DNA of 64,000 nt from Cycas panzhihuaensis. Its lineage: Eukaryota > Plantae > Cycadophyta. Location: the NCBI GenBank assembly GCA_023213395.1, contig CM041465.1:227051741-227115740 (forward strand), in the 5' to 3' direction. How positions within the stretch are numbered: position 1 is the first letter of the stretch; each line of letters opens with the position of its first letter. The notes beneath the pieces are model-generated. The model did no database searches. It saw only the letters and a program-made list of their open reading frames with translations, and had not been told where the DNA came from. Made by a program: the position numbers and the translations under genes. Below, in pieces: positions 25,072 to 38,660 of this stretch.

Positions 25072-28000
25072 TATTAATGTGGTAATTGATTGTTAAGCCA
25101 CTATATTAATGTTAATATGGTTTAACTATGGTAATTAAGCAAAAAGGTATGACTTATTCAGAGGGTCACATCCCTAATTGTGTGATATCTCTTGGAAGAG
25201 GATAAAAGCCTTAAGGCATTGTGTACTCAATGTATTAAGCAATTATGAAATAATCAATCTAATTAAGAAGGATCTTTTATGGTGGGTTTTTTCCTAAAAG
25301 GGTTTTCCCACATAAATCACATATATTATACATGTACTTTTTGTGTGTATTTTAATTTACTTATTATGTATGGTTAAAGATAATATGGATGGGAACATAC
25401 CTATATGATTTCATGTTCTCAAATATGGTATTAGAGCTATAGGGTACTATACAACTGAAGCCTGATGTTGAGCATAATAGTAAGATCATTGGTTTCTGGG
25501 TAAAGCTGTCAAACTTAGGACTTATCCTAAGGGTCCATCATCTCTAGTAACATGTAGAAGTAGGCACAGTAGATCATTGGCGGTTGAAGTAGTGAAAATC
25601 ACTATTTAACGGAGCATAAATGTTTATTGGAGTCAATATTCAAGCATGAAGGTCATGCTTGTGGTTAATGTTGGCTTGTTGGAGGCCATATGAAGCTAGT
25701 TGATGATCTATTGTGGTGATTCAAGCTAGCAAAGTATGTATTGATAGTAATTCAGTGACTATAAGCACAACCATTTATGTACACAAGTAAGTCAGTTATT
25801 TACCCATTTAAAACACTATAACATTAAAAAAGGAGTAAGCTTGTTCTAGTAGTACCTATATCTAGTCTATATAAGGGAGAGATTAGTGTTAATTTGGAAC
25901 ATTTTTAGCTCTCTATACTAAGATTAGCCTACGTATATAGCAATACAAAGTATCACTCATTGTATTTTTGAGTTGTAGTGCTTTTTATTTGGGAGTGTAA
26001 CCCTATATCTCTATCGTAAGTACATTTTTCAACCAGCATCTTAGTGTTGAGAGGTAGTTGGGCTAATTGTGCACTATTTTGGAGACTTATGTACTTAAAT
26101 TAAGCATGGTACAACTGAATTAAGGCTGGTCATGTGCTATCCATGGTGGTTGGGCACTATTCACACTCGTTGGGTTCCTATTTGTGTTGGCTGAGTACTT
26201 CTTTGCATTAGTTGAGTGTCTTTGAAGAGAGCTAAGCATTGTTCAGGCTCATTACGAGTTGCACAAGTGTACAGAGACCTATTTCAATTGCTTACTAGTC
26301 TCTTTATGAAGTGCACATCCATGGCTATCTCACTTCCTATCTGGTTGTCACAAATCCTGTGGAAATTGCATATGTCTATTTGATTTTTTTGTCCAAGGTT
26401 TAAACTTTGGAAAGATTTAATTACATTTTTGTTAGATATTTGGCATGTGACTTAAGTGACAGATGGATGTGGGATTCTAAAAGGTCACACCTTTTGGAAT
26501 ATGCCTTTTGGCATATTCCTCCCATAATATAACTTTATAAAAGGCCCTTAGACCATTGACACTTTATCATATTTACCTATTATGAAGTACTCTAAAGTTA
26601 TTCAAAGCATCCTTAACTCATTTTAAATGTAGATCAAGGAGTTTTTTGGTGTTGTTTAACTTGGAGACTATGTTGTCTACCTTGTGGAGCCATCCTTTAT
26701 TCTTGGAACACCATTTTAAGTGCCTTAAGGTTCGTTCTTGACAACTTTTAAGGTTATTTAAGGGTGTTTGTTGTCTAATTGTGAGGGAAAATAATCAATA
26801 ACTCACTCAACACATGTATAAATAGTATTTAGTACACTCTAGAGTGTGCCCTTGAGATAAAGGAGGACACAAGGGTTATCTTTATCCTAAAGACACTCAT
26901 TTTGGTGTTGTTTAATGCATATTGAAGCTTGTTTCTTGAGATGGAGCACCTTATACCCAAGATTATCTTTAATGGTAATAATTTTAGTGAGTGGAAGACC
27001 AATATAGAGCTCATTTTGATGGTGAATCAACTCTGGGGGATCACTAAGGCCAAGGTGGACACGATTCCACTAGATCATAAAGAGCATGTTCATCTTAAAG
27101 AGAAGAAATTTATGGCTATGGGACTATTGAAACTGTCATTGGCACTAGACTATAAAGCTTTATTTTACAATCTAGACAAACTAGATAAAATATAGACAAA
27201 ACTATATGAAACATTTGAAAAGAAGAAGACAAATAGACATCTTGCCCTGATGTTGGAGTCACTTAATTCACATGTGGAAGATGAGAATAGCATCAACTCC
27301 TACCTTAACAAAATCATAGACTTAAATAATAATCTAGAAGAACTAAAGTAAAACTCGATTGATGATGCCATGTTATTCTCTATAATCATGTCAAAGCTAC
27401 TAGCTGCATTTGCCACCTTCTAGACCATTTATGGCAAAGATGAGGTGATGGAGGCAAAAACATTTAATAGGCTTAAAAACCTAATTTTAGTGGAGGATGC
27501 CAAGCTTAAACATCATGGTATACTTGGATGTTCTGATTCAAGTCAAGTCCTAGCCATAAAGATTTAGAGGAAGGAGGCCATTAAGGAGGAGAAGATCACA
27601 TGAAGATAAGGAGAAAGTTCATAAGACAAGAAGAAGTTTAATGGAAAATGTAATTACTACAAGAAGGATGTTCATTGAGAGAAGAACTATTGGTTCAAAA
27701 GATATGACAAGTGTAAAGTAAGTCAGGATGATAAAGGAAAGAGTATTATTGCTTATTGTATTAGAGCACAAACCTTATCAGCTGAGTTAGATTAGAGAGA
27801 TTATTGGGTGCTTGACTATGGAGCATAGAAGTATATCTCCTACCAAAAGTGCAACTTTGATACGATGAATGAAAATCATAGTAGTACAGAGATTATCCTT
27901 GGATTTACTTGCATTTTACTAGTGGAAGGTATTAGTGAAGTATCCATTGTAGGAGGTAAATTTATCAGGGTATATTATGTACCCAAGATGCAACTAAACC

Positions 28001-31000
28001 TTCTTTCAACTCAAGAAATCTACAAATAAGGCTTGAAAGTGGAGTTTTACAATGATAAATGCCTAATTAAGGATCCAAAATAGAACTTCCTAGTCATTGC
28101 TATCAGAAGAAGTCATGCCTTTATTACCAGTGCTAGTGATATGAACAAACTTTGGCATAATCACCTAGGACATCTTAACTACAAGAGTATTGTACTATTG
28201 AAGAGGTTGAAGATGGTGGAAGGATTGCCATTGGTTTCCTACTTATGTATGCATGGCAAGCATCATTGCTAATCTTTTGCTCAAGAGAATGCCTGAAGAG
28301 TTAAGGAGAAGTTAGAACTTGTACATTTAGATATAATGGATCCTCTTCCTAGACCTTCTATATCAAGAGTTCAATACACCCTTGTATTTGTAGATGATTA
28401 TACTAGGAAGGCCTAAGTTTATTTTCTCAAAAATAACTCAGACGTATTTGATCACTTCTATGACTAGAAAGTGATAGTAGAAAATGAAATTGATAAGAGG
28501 ATTAAGCCATTAAGAAGTGACAATGGCAAGGAATATGACAACCATACATTTAATCAGTTCTGTCATGATCATGGTATAAAGTAGGAACTTACAGTCCCAT
28601 TTATCCCACAATAGAATGGAGTTGTTGAATGAAAGAATTGTACCATAATAGAAATAGTGAGGTGTATGGTACATTCTAAAACCTTACCATTAATGTTTTA
28701 GGCAAAGGCCGTGGCAACTACTATGTGTATTCTAAATAGGTTACCCACTCAAGAAGTTAAAAGCATAACCCTTGAAGAAAAATAGACTAGTCTAAAACCT
28801 GTCATTAGCCATTGAAGAACTTTTAGGTGTATTACACACACCCATATCCTAAATAATACTCATAAGAAGCTAGATTAAAAGAGTCTAGAGTGGATATTCA
28901 TAGGGTATTACAATAAGTATAAAGCCTACAAACTATAGGATCCATAAGGGAAGAAGATTGTGGTTAGTCAAGATGTAAAATTTGATGAGTTACTGATGTA
29001 TCATATTGAAAGATCATTAAAGGAGCCTTTTTAACCCCCAATTCTCTCATTCCTAGATTCATCAAGCAAAGAGTATGATGAGCTAATCATTGGAACACCT
29101 GAGGAAGTAGGACTAAGTGGGATGCATAATAGTGAGGAGTCACCATAAGAAGAAGTACCTCTAATAATAGGTTCTTCTATACCTTTATAGGTAAGGAAGA
29201 CTATTAAAGATTCTAGTGTGGCAATGTAAACCCTAAATGATGGTAAAATAACTAGAAGTCAACATGCTAATTGAATTATATTGGTAGACATCGACGACTC
29301 TAATGATCCTAATTTGTTTGATGAGGTAAAATGAGATCCATGTTAGAGAGTTATGATGGAGGAAGAGTATGGTTCTCTACTAAAGAATAATATGTGGCAT
29401 TTGGTTCAACTCCCTTTAATGAAGAACCTTGCTAGATGCAAGTGGGTCTATAAGACAAAGTTTCACTTCAATAGAAATGTGGACAATGGTATGGCTAACT
29501 AAACCTTACCAATATTTTGATTCAAGGATTAAAGAAAAAGCAAGGAATTGACTATAAAAAGACATTTGCACTAGTCTCTAGAATGACAATGGTCTACTTG
29601 GATATTTCCTTAGCAGCTACTTATGGTTGGGAGTTACACTAGATGGATATCAAGTATGCATTTCCTAATAGAGATCTAAAGGAGGAGATTTACATATCAT
29701 AGCCTTTGGGATTCATTAAGGATGGCTAAGAGTATCTTGTTTTCCAATTAAAGAAATCAATTTATGGCCAGAAACAAGCACCCCATGCTTGGTATGAAAA
29801 TATGAATGCTAAGTTGAAAGCTAAAGGTTTCGAGTTTTTAGAACTTAACCTAAACCTGTATATGAAAAGAAGAGGGACTTCAATAATTACTTGTATGGTA
29901 TATATAGGTGATTTCATCATCGATGATAACTAAGGCAAGGTTATAGCTGAAGTCAAGCCAAATTTAGAAGCTTTATTTAACATGACAGACCTCAAGAGAC
30001 TTCATTATTTCTTGGTCATTCAGATCAGGCAGATGGATGATCAGATTGCATTGTTGTAGTTAGAATATATAAAAAACCTATTGGATAAGTTTAGGATGCA
30101 AAATTATAAACCTATTATAACACCATATGTAAAGGGTGTAAGGTTGCAAAAGGATATGACCAAGCCCTTTATAGATGGAATGAAGTATCGCCAATCATTA
30201 GGAAATCTGACCTACCTGACTCATATTAGACCAGATGTCACATATGATGTTGGATTAGTTTCCCACTACATGTAGAATCCCCATGAGTCTCATTTTATTA
30301 TAGAAAAGTAGATTATAAAATATTTAAAGGGGACAATCAATCTTTCTCTTGAATACTATTGAGGTAAAGAGATAAGGTTGTATAGCTATACGAATATTGA
30401 TAAGGGAGAAGACTCTAATTATCGAAAGTCCACTACTGGATACCTATTTGGTATTGGTAATGGATTTATTTCATGGTAGTCAAAGAAGAAATAGACATTA
30501 GCATTATCTTCTATAGGGGTAGAATATCAAGGACTTAATGCTGGTGTAAAGGAAACGATATGGTTGCAAGGTCTCTTGGAGTTTCTTAGAGTTTCCAATG
30601 GACATCTAGTTATCTTTATTGATAATCAGAGTAACATTCACCTATCAAAGAATCCAGAGTTTCATGTGCATATGAAGCATATCAAGATTTAGCACCACTA
30701 CATCCCTGAACAAATAAAGTCAGGTAAGCTATCGATCGACTACTATCTGAGTGAATTCTAGCTTGTAGGAATGTTCATTAAGCCACTCATTGAAGATCAT
30801 TTCACGAAGGTGCATACCAAATTAGGACTCACCAATGTTATCCTTAAGGGGGGGGTGTATCGACAAGGATAAAGAAATTGTAGGATAGTCCTAACCTTTA
30901 TGATAACATAGCTGTTGTAGTTGGCAGACTTTCCACATGCACATTAAGAGGGGATGTTAACATGACAGTTGATTATTAAGCCACTATGTTAATATTAATG

Positions 31001-31309
31001 TGGTTTAACTAAGGTGATTAAGTGAAAAGGTATAACTTATTTAAAGTATCACAACCTCAACCAAGTGACACCTCTTAAAAGAGAATAAAAGCCTTGAGGC
31101 CTTGTGTATTCGATTTATCAAGCAATTGCAAAATAGTTAGTCTAATCCAGAAGGATCTTTTGTGGTGGGTTTTTATCCAAAAGGGTTTTCCCGTATAAAT
31201 CCTATGTATTGTATATATATTTTCCATGTGTATTTTTGTTTGCTTGCTATGTATGGTTAAAGATTCTATAGATGGGAATATACCTGTATAATTTCATATT
31301 CCTAAAAAA
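25072..31309 (+). mobile_element. Copia element C1, complete but decayed, inserted in the 3' LTR of X
   Basis: LTRs 25072-25425 and 30955-~31309; PBS TGGTATTAGAGC at 25426. Gag FNGNNFSEWK (ATG 26941), zinc knuckle ~27650, protease WVLDYGA ~27805, LWHNHLGHLN, INT IRSDNGKEY, then RT and RH to ~30840. Confidence 0.92.
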
Positions 31310-34300
31310 CCCCAATGTAGACTTTAATATAGAGTAATGAACATTAAACCTAATATTCTCCCTCATAATGTTTATTACATGAAATTCCAAGTTTTTTTTT
31401 AAATTTGTGGAACTTATACTTTAGAAAAACTTTAGGAAAGAGATATGTCACTTGTTCTTTTGTTTTGTAGTAGACTAATTCCATATCACCATCCCTTATT
31501 GATGCCTTAATAATGATAGACTCTTTAAGAATATAAGACATGTGGTTGCTAAACTTGAGTAGGTTTGGCTTCATTAGGATCTTTATCTTCTTTATCTTTT
31601 ATCTTGGAGTGATCATCAACTTTGTTGGAGTCATCAATGGTACATACAACATTATCAAACATATCATTATTATCTTACTCTAATATGTGTCTCACATATA
31701 AAACATTATCAATATATTTATTTTCTTTTAGTTTTGTATTGGCTCCCTCATAAAGTAATTCTAAAATATCCCATGCATTCTTTGATGTGGTTATCTTACT
31801 TATTCTAGAGAATGTGTGGTCACCAAATACATAAAATATTAAAGTTAAGGCTTCATTGTCTCTTTTCACATTTTCTTTAAAGTTTTGTTCATCTTCATTA
31901 TAACCATCATTCATAAATTTCCAAAGATTATTAATAATAAAATATGATTTTATTAAATTTCTCCAAAGTTAAAAGTTTGTTCTATCAAATATAGGTATAC
32001 TTTATTGGATTAATGTTCATTACATTTATTTATTTGTGCAAATGTCTTGGGACCATGTAAGGCTCCCACAGTTGTCACTTGGATAAGATAATGTTATTTT
32101 ATTTTAAGTTGTTTATTATTTTATTATATTTTAAATTTGGATATTAAGGTAGGCTCTTGCTTACCTCCCGAATATGTATTTTAGGCCCTAATATCCCTAG
32201 TGTTCTTTAACACTAGCAATCTATATAAAATTTGTTAACAATATAAAAAATAGATTGATAATGGATTTGAATATGGTTTTGAATATGGCTTGAATACTAT
32301 TGCACCTGCTCCACTATGTCCTCATTGCATTTTTCATTTGGTATCAGAGATCATAAAACCTTACAGAAGTATTATGACAAAGTTTGAATATTTGTTGGTC
32401 TTACATTAACAAATCAGTGTAGCATTGAATGGGTTGTTCTAAATATACACCTAACATTCCATTTTTAACAATATATATTTATTTTAAAATGTTTTTCATT
32501 ATTTTACTAATCTCTTTATTTCTAGATTCTAGCTCATTATTCATCCAATGAAAGCCAAGTATATGATTTCTCATTAGATTCCTAACAGCCTCATCTTCCC
32601 AGTGAAAAAATTGGTTTGAAATTTCATCTCCTTTTGAAAGGAGATCCTACTCCTGGAAATCATAGTATCCTCTCTATTCCTCACAAATCCATCAATGTTA
32701 AATTTGTTGGTTTTGATATTTTCATCAATTGTTGAATCATCTATTCAAGTTTAGGTTGCTCCTATTCATTGGTATTTCTATGTCCATTGGTAAGAATTCT
32801 CCATTGGTACCATGCTCGATGGAAAATCTTCCCCATTAGCACTCTACTCTTATGTTAGGGTTCTGGTCAGTGTTCTAATTAATAATTCAATGGTTCATTC
32901 TCATGGAATGTTATAATCTTCTATGGATATATTTGATATGGGTCTATAAGATCTAGTCTATGTGAAGGTAAATCCAAGGAGCCTATTAGAGCATTGTAGG
33001 CAGTTTCAAGTAGCATATATCTAGCACTTTCATTTCGTCTCAGTGGTTATCCCCATTACTGTCATCATGACCCTATTCACTGATATCTAGTAAGCAATGA
33101 TTTGCACTCATAATTTGTCTATTTTGTGGATTGGTTCCCATCTTCTAATATAGAGTGGCTACTTCGTATGTTGTTACCACCTATGTATAGTCATGTGCAC
33201 ACTCCATTGTGAATCATGAGTGCTACATGAAGACCATAACCTCTAGGCAAATTTTACTTCAGCTATAGCTCTTTTTTAATAAGTTATATATATATATATT
33301 TTTAAGTTATTAATATATAAATATATATTTCTAAAATATTTCTTATTTTAGATTGTTGCACCCTTGTTCATGTTAGATTCAATCTTTTTGATCATTTTTA
33401 GATCGTCTTTAAATTAAATTTTTCTCCTGCGCAGGTTGCCCGTTAATGTCTAGGAAAATCATTTGATAATTTATATATTTTTTCTAAAGTTTGATTTTAA
33501 TTTAATTAAAATAGATAAAATTTCAAGTTTGGACATGTGGTTTAGGCATTAGCCCCCTTCTCCATTAGCTTTTAGTCATGTTGAGTTCCCATGTGACCTT
33601 TTTTTTTTTATTAAGGGGCAGATTTCAAAATTTTATTAGTTGTTTTTTATAATTTTAGTTTTTAAGAGGGTTTAATTATATTCTATAATATTTCAAATCT
33701 GCTAGCCCCATTTGGACCTTAGTGGGAGGTCATATTATCCCTTTAGGTAACCAAGGGCCTTAACTCAAAGGGACTTAACCCCCCCCCCCTCTTTTTCTAT
33801 TTGATTGCTAAAAAGAGGTCTTTCACTATTTTCACTATAACGTTTCATCTAGGAGTCTATTTTTTGAATGACTAGATCCATTGAAAATGCATTTTGAATA
33901 TCTACATACTGAAGTGGTTTTCATAAGATTTGAAGCTATTTTATAGGGTTTTGAGTCTAATAAAGTTAGCTCTCCTAGTTTGATCATTTTCCAGCCATTT
34001 TAAACTAATTTTTTATTCAATCTTGGTATATTTATATATTATTAGATTACTAATCTATATTTGATTATTTTTACTTGATTTTATGAGCTTAAAATTGATA
34101 TTTTATAGTTTTTTTAGTCATATTTAAGCCTCTTAAAGAAGAGGGAGACTTTGAAAGTTAAATTTTCAAATCGATGCTCTCTAACTTTTAATAACTTTAT
34201 TTTTAAATTTGTTGTTTCATTTTATAGTTCATTTACTTTAAGTTTAAACTATTTTCAAGCCTATTTCACTTATTTTTTAAGCTATTTTACTTTTATAAAG

Positions 34301-35780
34301 GATACTTTTAAAGTGTATTCAAGGTCAAATAAAAGTACATATTTCAAAGATATATTTAAAAGCATATTTTACATCTTTTTGCAACTTGAAAGAGGCTCAT
34401 ATAAAAGTATATTTATTGCTCATTTATTTTTAGTTCATTCATTTATATATTGAAGCTTAATTTAGCTCATTTTTTTCTCATTTAAGAGTTACTTTTGCTT
34501 CATTAGTAAAGCATTTTAAAAGTTGATTTAATGCCATTTTCATTGCACTTAAAAGTTCAAATAAGGTATATTCTATTGGATAATTATAAGCTCACTCAAA
34601 GGCCTTTACTTTCCTTTTATTTTATACTATTTTAAGGTTTACTTATATCATTTTAAAAAGATTATTGATTGTATATATTTGTTTCATTTTAAAAGTAGAA
34701 CATTTATCTTGCATTATTTTATTTAAAAAGAGATATACTTTTCAGCTCATTATCTAGTTACCTGCTTTTATATGTTAAGAAGGAATCTAGTTAGTATCCA
34801 TTTGAAATTTCATTTGAAAAAATGTTTTATTGCATGTCAATCTTAAGTTATTTCCTCATTAGAGGTTAAAAGGATTCTTATTTATTCATTGAGACCATAC
34901 TTTTTAGATTATGTATTAAAATATTTATAATGGCAGTTTATCTAAATGACATTACAACTCCCATATTTGATAGAACTAATTTTCATATTTAGACTAAAGT
35001 AATGAAATTATATTTTATTACAAATGATCTTTGAAAGTTTGTAAAAGATGGTTACAATGATGTAGGTGTTAATACTACCTTAGAAGATAAATAAGTTTTT
35101 AAAGAAAATATGAGAAAAGATAATGAGGCTTTAGCTTTAATTTTTTATACATTAGATGACACCACATTCTCTAGCGTAAGTAAGACAACCACATCTAAAA
35201 ATACATGGGAAACCTTGGAATTAGTTTATGAGGGAGACACTATAGAACTAGAAGAAACTAATTATATTGATGATATTTTACATGTGGAATAGATATTAGA
35301 ACATGATTACATTATTGAATTAGCTAATGTTGTGTGTACCATTAATGATACCAACCAATTGATGATCACATTGTTGAATTTGATAATTATATGTATATAT
35401 ATATCATTAACCCAATTGGCTCTAACAAATTAAAATATGAAGACAAAGATCTTAATGTAGCCACACCTACTCAAGTCAACCTCATCCTACTAAGATTAGC
35501 TTGGAAGCCACTTGAACCATACATTATTAAAGAGGACTACATTGCAAGGATAATAATATATGATGGTGATAAAGCAAAGGAATAAGCACTTGATCTCTCT
35601 CTTAAAGTTTTCTTAAAGTACAAGTACCACAAATTAAAAGAAAAGTTTGAAGATATATGTAATAAACATTATGGGGGAGAATGTTGGATTAATGTTCATT
35701 ACATTTATTTATTTGTGAAAATGTCTTGGGACCATATGAGCTGCCTCCATACATCACTTGGATAAGGTAATATTATTTGA
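29154..35780 (+). repeat. Arm A of the large inverted duplication (partner 48908-55593)
   Basis: Colinear reverse-complement match; ORF pairs 30081/54472, 31350/53173, 31675/52833, 34151/50239 and 35110/49400. Confidence 0.95.
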
Positions 35781-38660
35781 CTCCACTAGATTGAAGACTT
35801 CTAAGCAAGTTTTTATAATCAGGGACATGTAAACATGACTGGATCAAAAATGCCCAAGTGATGTATTGGGTCTTAAAGTCTTTATCAATTGCCTGTTTGA
35901 TTGGTCGAAGGAGATTTATTATCTCATGAGCTCATCCCTTTTACATTTTTAATTTGTTCATTTTCAAAATAAGATGAATAAATCTAAATCTGACTTTGTA
36001 TCAAAGTTCTTTCTAAGAACTTCTAGGACCTTCCAAGCTGTATCATGTTCCTCTTCATTTATCAAGTTGTGCAAGGAGTGATCAATGACCAACAAAATTC
36101 CTACATGAATCTTTTCATCATCTATCCCCCATTGTAGTTTAGCTACAGTATCTGTAGGAGTTGTTAGGGCAGATCCACTAGAAGCAGTTGTTATAGCCAT
36201 TGCTGGTATGCTGGATGTGGGCTGCAGTGGGCTCTCCAAAGGCCTTCACACTTTGTAGCATTTTTAATTACAATGTACCATATATCCTAATTTTCTTTGC
36301 CTTTCAATATGTAGTTAACATTTTGCTTGAATTGAGATGACATGGTGATGATGAAGAAGTAGAAGAGATGATAGAAATATGTGCCACTGACACATGTGGC
36401 TAGTACACCTCGCACAGTAGGGATGTAGAAATGATTGTTATGATGAGAAACAAAAAATGATTAACTATTTTTCAATAATTATATAAAAAATGAATATAAG
36501 TAATGATGCAAGAATGAGGCCTAATATAGAGCTAGCAAAGAGTGGTGATGTGTCATACCACTAACCTCTCACTTATGTCCAAATGTAGGTGAGGTTTCAA
36601 TGCCTAAGGCTTCTAGTATACAATTAGGACCTTTACTTGTGATACCCACACCTCTGCTTGGTGATGAAATCCAAGTCACAGTGGAGCCTAGGTACTCCTA
36701 GTCCTCACCCAGTTCACCAATGAGCAGCTATATACCTCCTCCAAAGAGTCAAATGGTACTACATATCCCACGAATATGATAGATATTGGACTGGGTTAAT
36801 TTTAATTTTGCATTAAGGTTTTCAATTTTCCCAGGTGGTTATCAGGATTATCCTTGATTGGAGGCTATAAGTATGGCTAACCTATCCTTCCATCACTATT
36901 CCAGTTAAGACCAGACCCTGTATGAAACTCACACCTCCCTTAGGGCCTCGACTTCAACTAACCTTGGTCTATTTCAACCAAGGTGAGTGTGCACATAAGT
37001 CAAGAACTGGCGATATAGATCGTATGGATGAGATTCATTTTAGGAATAGTGTAAGATGTTTCTGTATAATTGAAAACTAAAATAGAAACTTGCCAAATGT
37101 GCTTGCTTGCTTTTCGTGCTTGCTTTGTTATTATTGCTACTTTTGTGATGCTTTGTTCTTGTTATTGCTTTTGTGATGCTTTATTGTTGTTGTTGCTTTT
37201 GTGATGCTTTATGCTATGTGTGTAAATAGAAAAGCATGCTAGATTTAGTAGGGGAACCAGATGTTGCTTCTGATCCAAGGTTTCCCTTGCTTTAGTACAA
37301 TATTTCCAAATATGATTTTGGAAGTTTTAATATAAAAGCTACAATGGGCTAAAAATCAAATCAACTTGTCGCTAAAATGATGATTCTCCTAAATCTATAT
37401 GCATGTTATTTTGCCCTATTTTGTGATTTTTTCACAAAATTTATAAATAATGGTAAATGGGCAAATTTTTAAAAATTACAAATATGAAGGCCTAAATGAT
37501 GAAATTTGAATTTATGACAAAAGGAAAAAGTGTTCATAATGTCATTTTTGATAGATTTGTGAAGTCATATTTCAGAAAAGGCACAAAGCATTTTCTGCCT
37601 GAAAAAATAACAAAGTAAAATCATGTCAGATCAACTATCTCAGAATCTGAACTTCAATATGTCAAAAGTTATATTTTGACATGTACATTAACTTTCCCTT
37701 CTGCGCCATCTACAAAATCTACCAAAAAATTACATGAAATGCCCTTGCAAGGTCCTTTGTGGGGTCGAGTAGGCAAAATCAGTAACCGTGAGAAAACTGC
37801 ATAAATCTCACTAACCAATGGATGAAATTTGATGAGATGTTTCTTAAACTAATCTTAAGACATAAATCTACCAGATCCCTTAATAAAACTTTCAGATCTT
37901 CAGCTTATAATTAAAGGATTTCATTAAGAAAAGTGCTTTAAATCACTTATCCATAAAATTTACCCTTTTGTCATAGCCAAAACTCACTGTTTCAGGCTGA
38001 ATCTGAAGTTTCTCCAGAAGACAAACATGATCCTATAGTCAAGAAAACCTTGCATTCCAAATTTCATCAAATCCTGAGATGGTCAATTTTTTATGAAATT
38101 TTGGGTCTTTACTGCTTCTGAGACTGTTTTGGCAGCTGAACGGCTTCAAAAACCTATATTCTTTACCTCTGAATTTCTACACACATGGACAAAGTAGCAA
38201 CATGAAAATACTATAATTTTAATCTCTCAAAATGTTAAAAAATAATGAATGCACTCTCAATACTTCACATTGAAGGTGAAGGAGAGGCAAAATGACTCTA
38301 TGCAAGTGGAATGGAGTGAATAGATCCTCTTCTAGTTCTGATACCACATGAAGGAAGGATGGATCTAGGAGATAAAGCACTCACATGCATATAATTGCAA
38401 TGGAGAATGAAAAAGAAGATGAAACAAGATATGAGAGCAAGCTTGGAGGTGAGAATGAATAATAACTCCCTCCTTGAGGTTTCACATTTTATTATTGAGG
38501 GTGAGCATTAGGGTTATGATTTTCTTGCCTAATGACATGAACCTGAAATTACATCTAAATGCACATAAAGTATATTTCATTAAGAGACTAATGTTAATAA
38601 TATATCCTAAGCTCACATAATTAATCTACACAAATGACCTTGATACATTAACCTCTTTCA
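35781..38660 (-). mobile_element. Copia element D, 5' part only (LTR, ~2-kb leader, start of gag), cut at the duplication breakpoint
   Basis: LTR 38349-38660 (TGAAAG...CCTTCA on minus); PBS TGGTATCAGAAC at 38335-38346; UBN2-like gag TAWKVLEVLRKNF (ORF 35964-36239). Confidence 0.75.
37118..37213. repeat. 28-bp tandem repeat, ~3 copies, in the leader of D
   Basis: TTTTGTGATGCTTT recurs at 28-bp spacing from 37141. Confidence 0.8.

Noticed and set aside
34151-34453. Phe/Tyr-rich ORF conserved at 50239-50526, and similar pairs such as 42306/61614
   Set aside because: Conservation reflects only the recent duplication; these are low-complexity AT-rich sequences with no domain.
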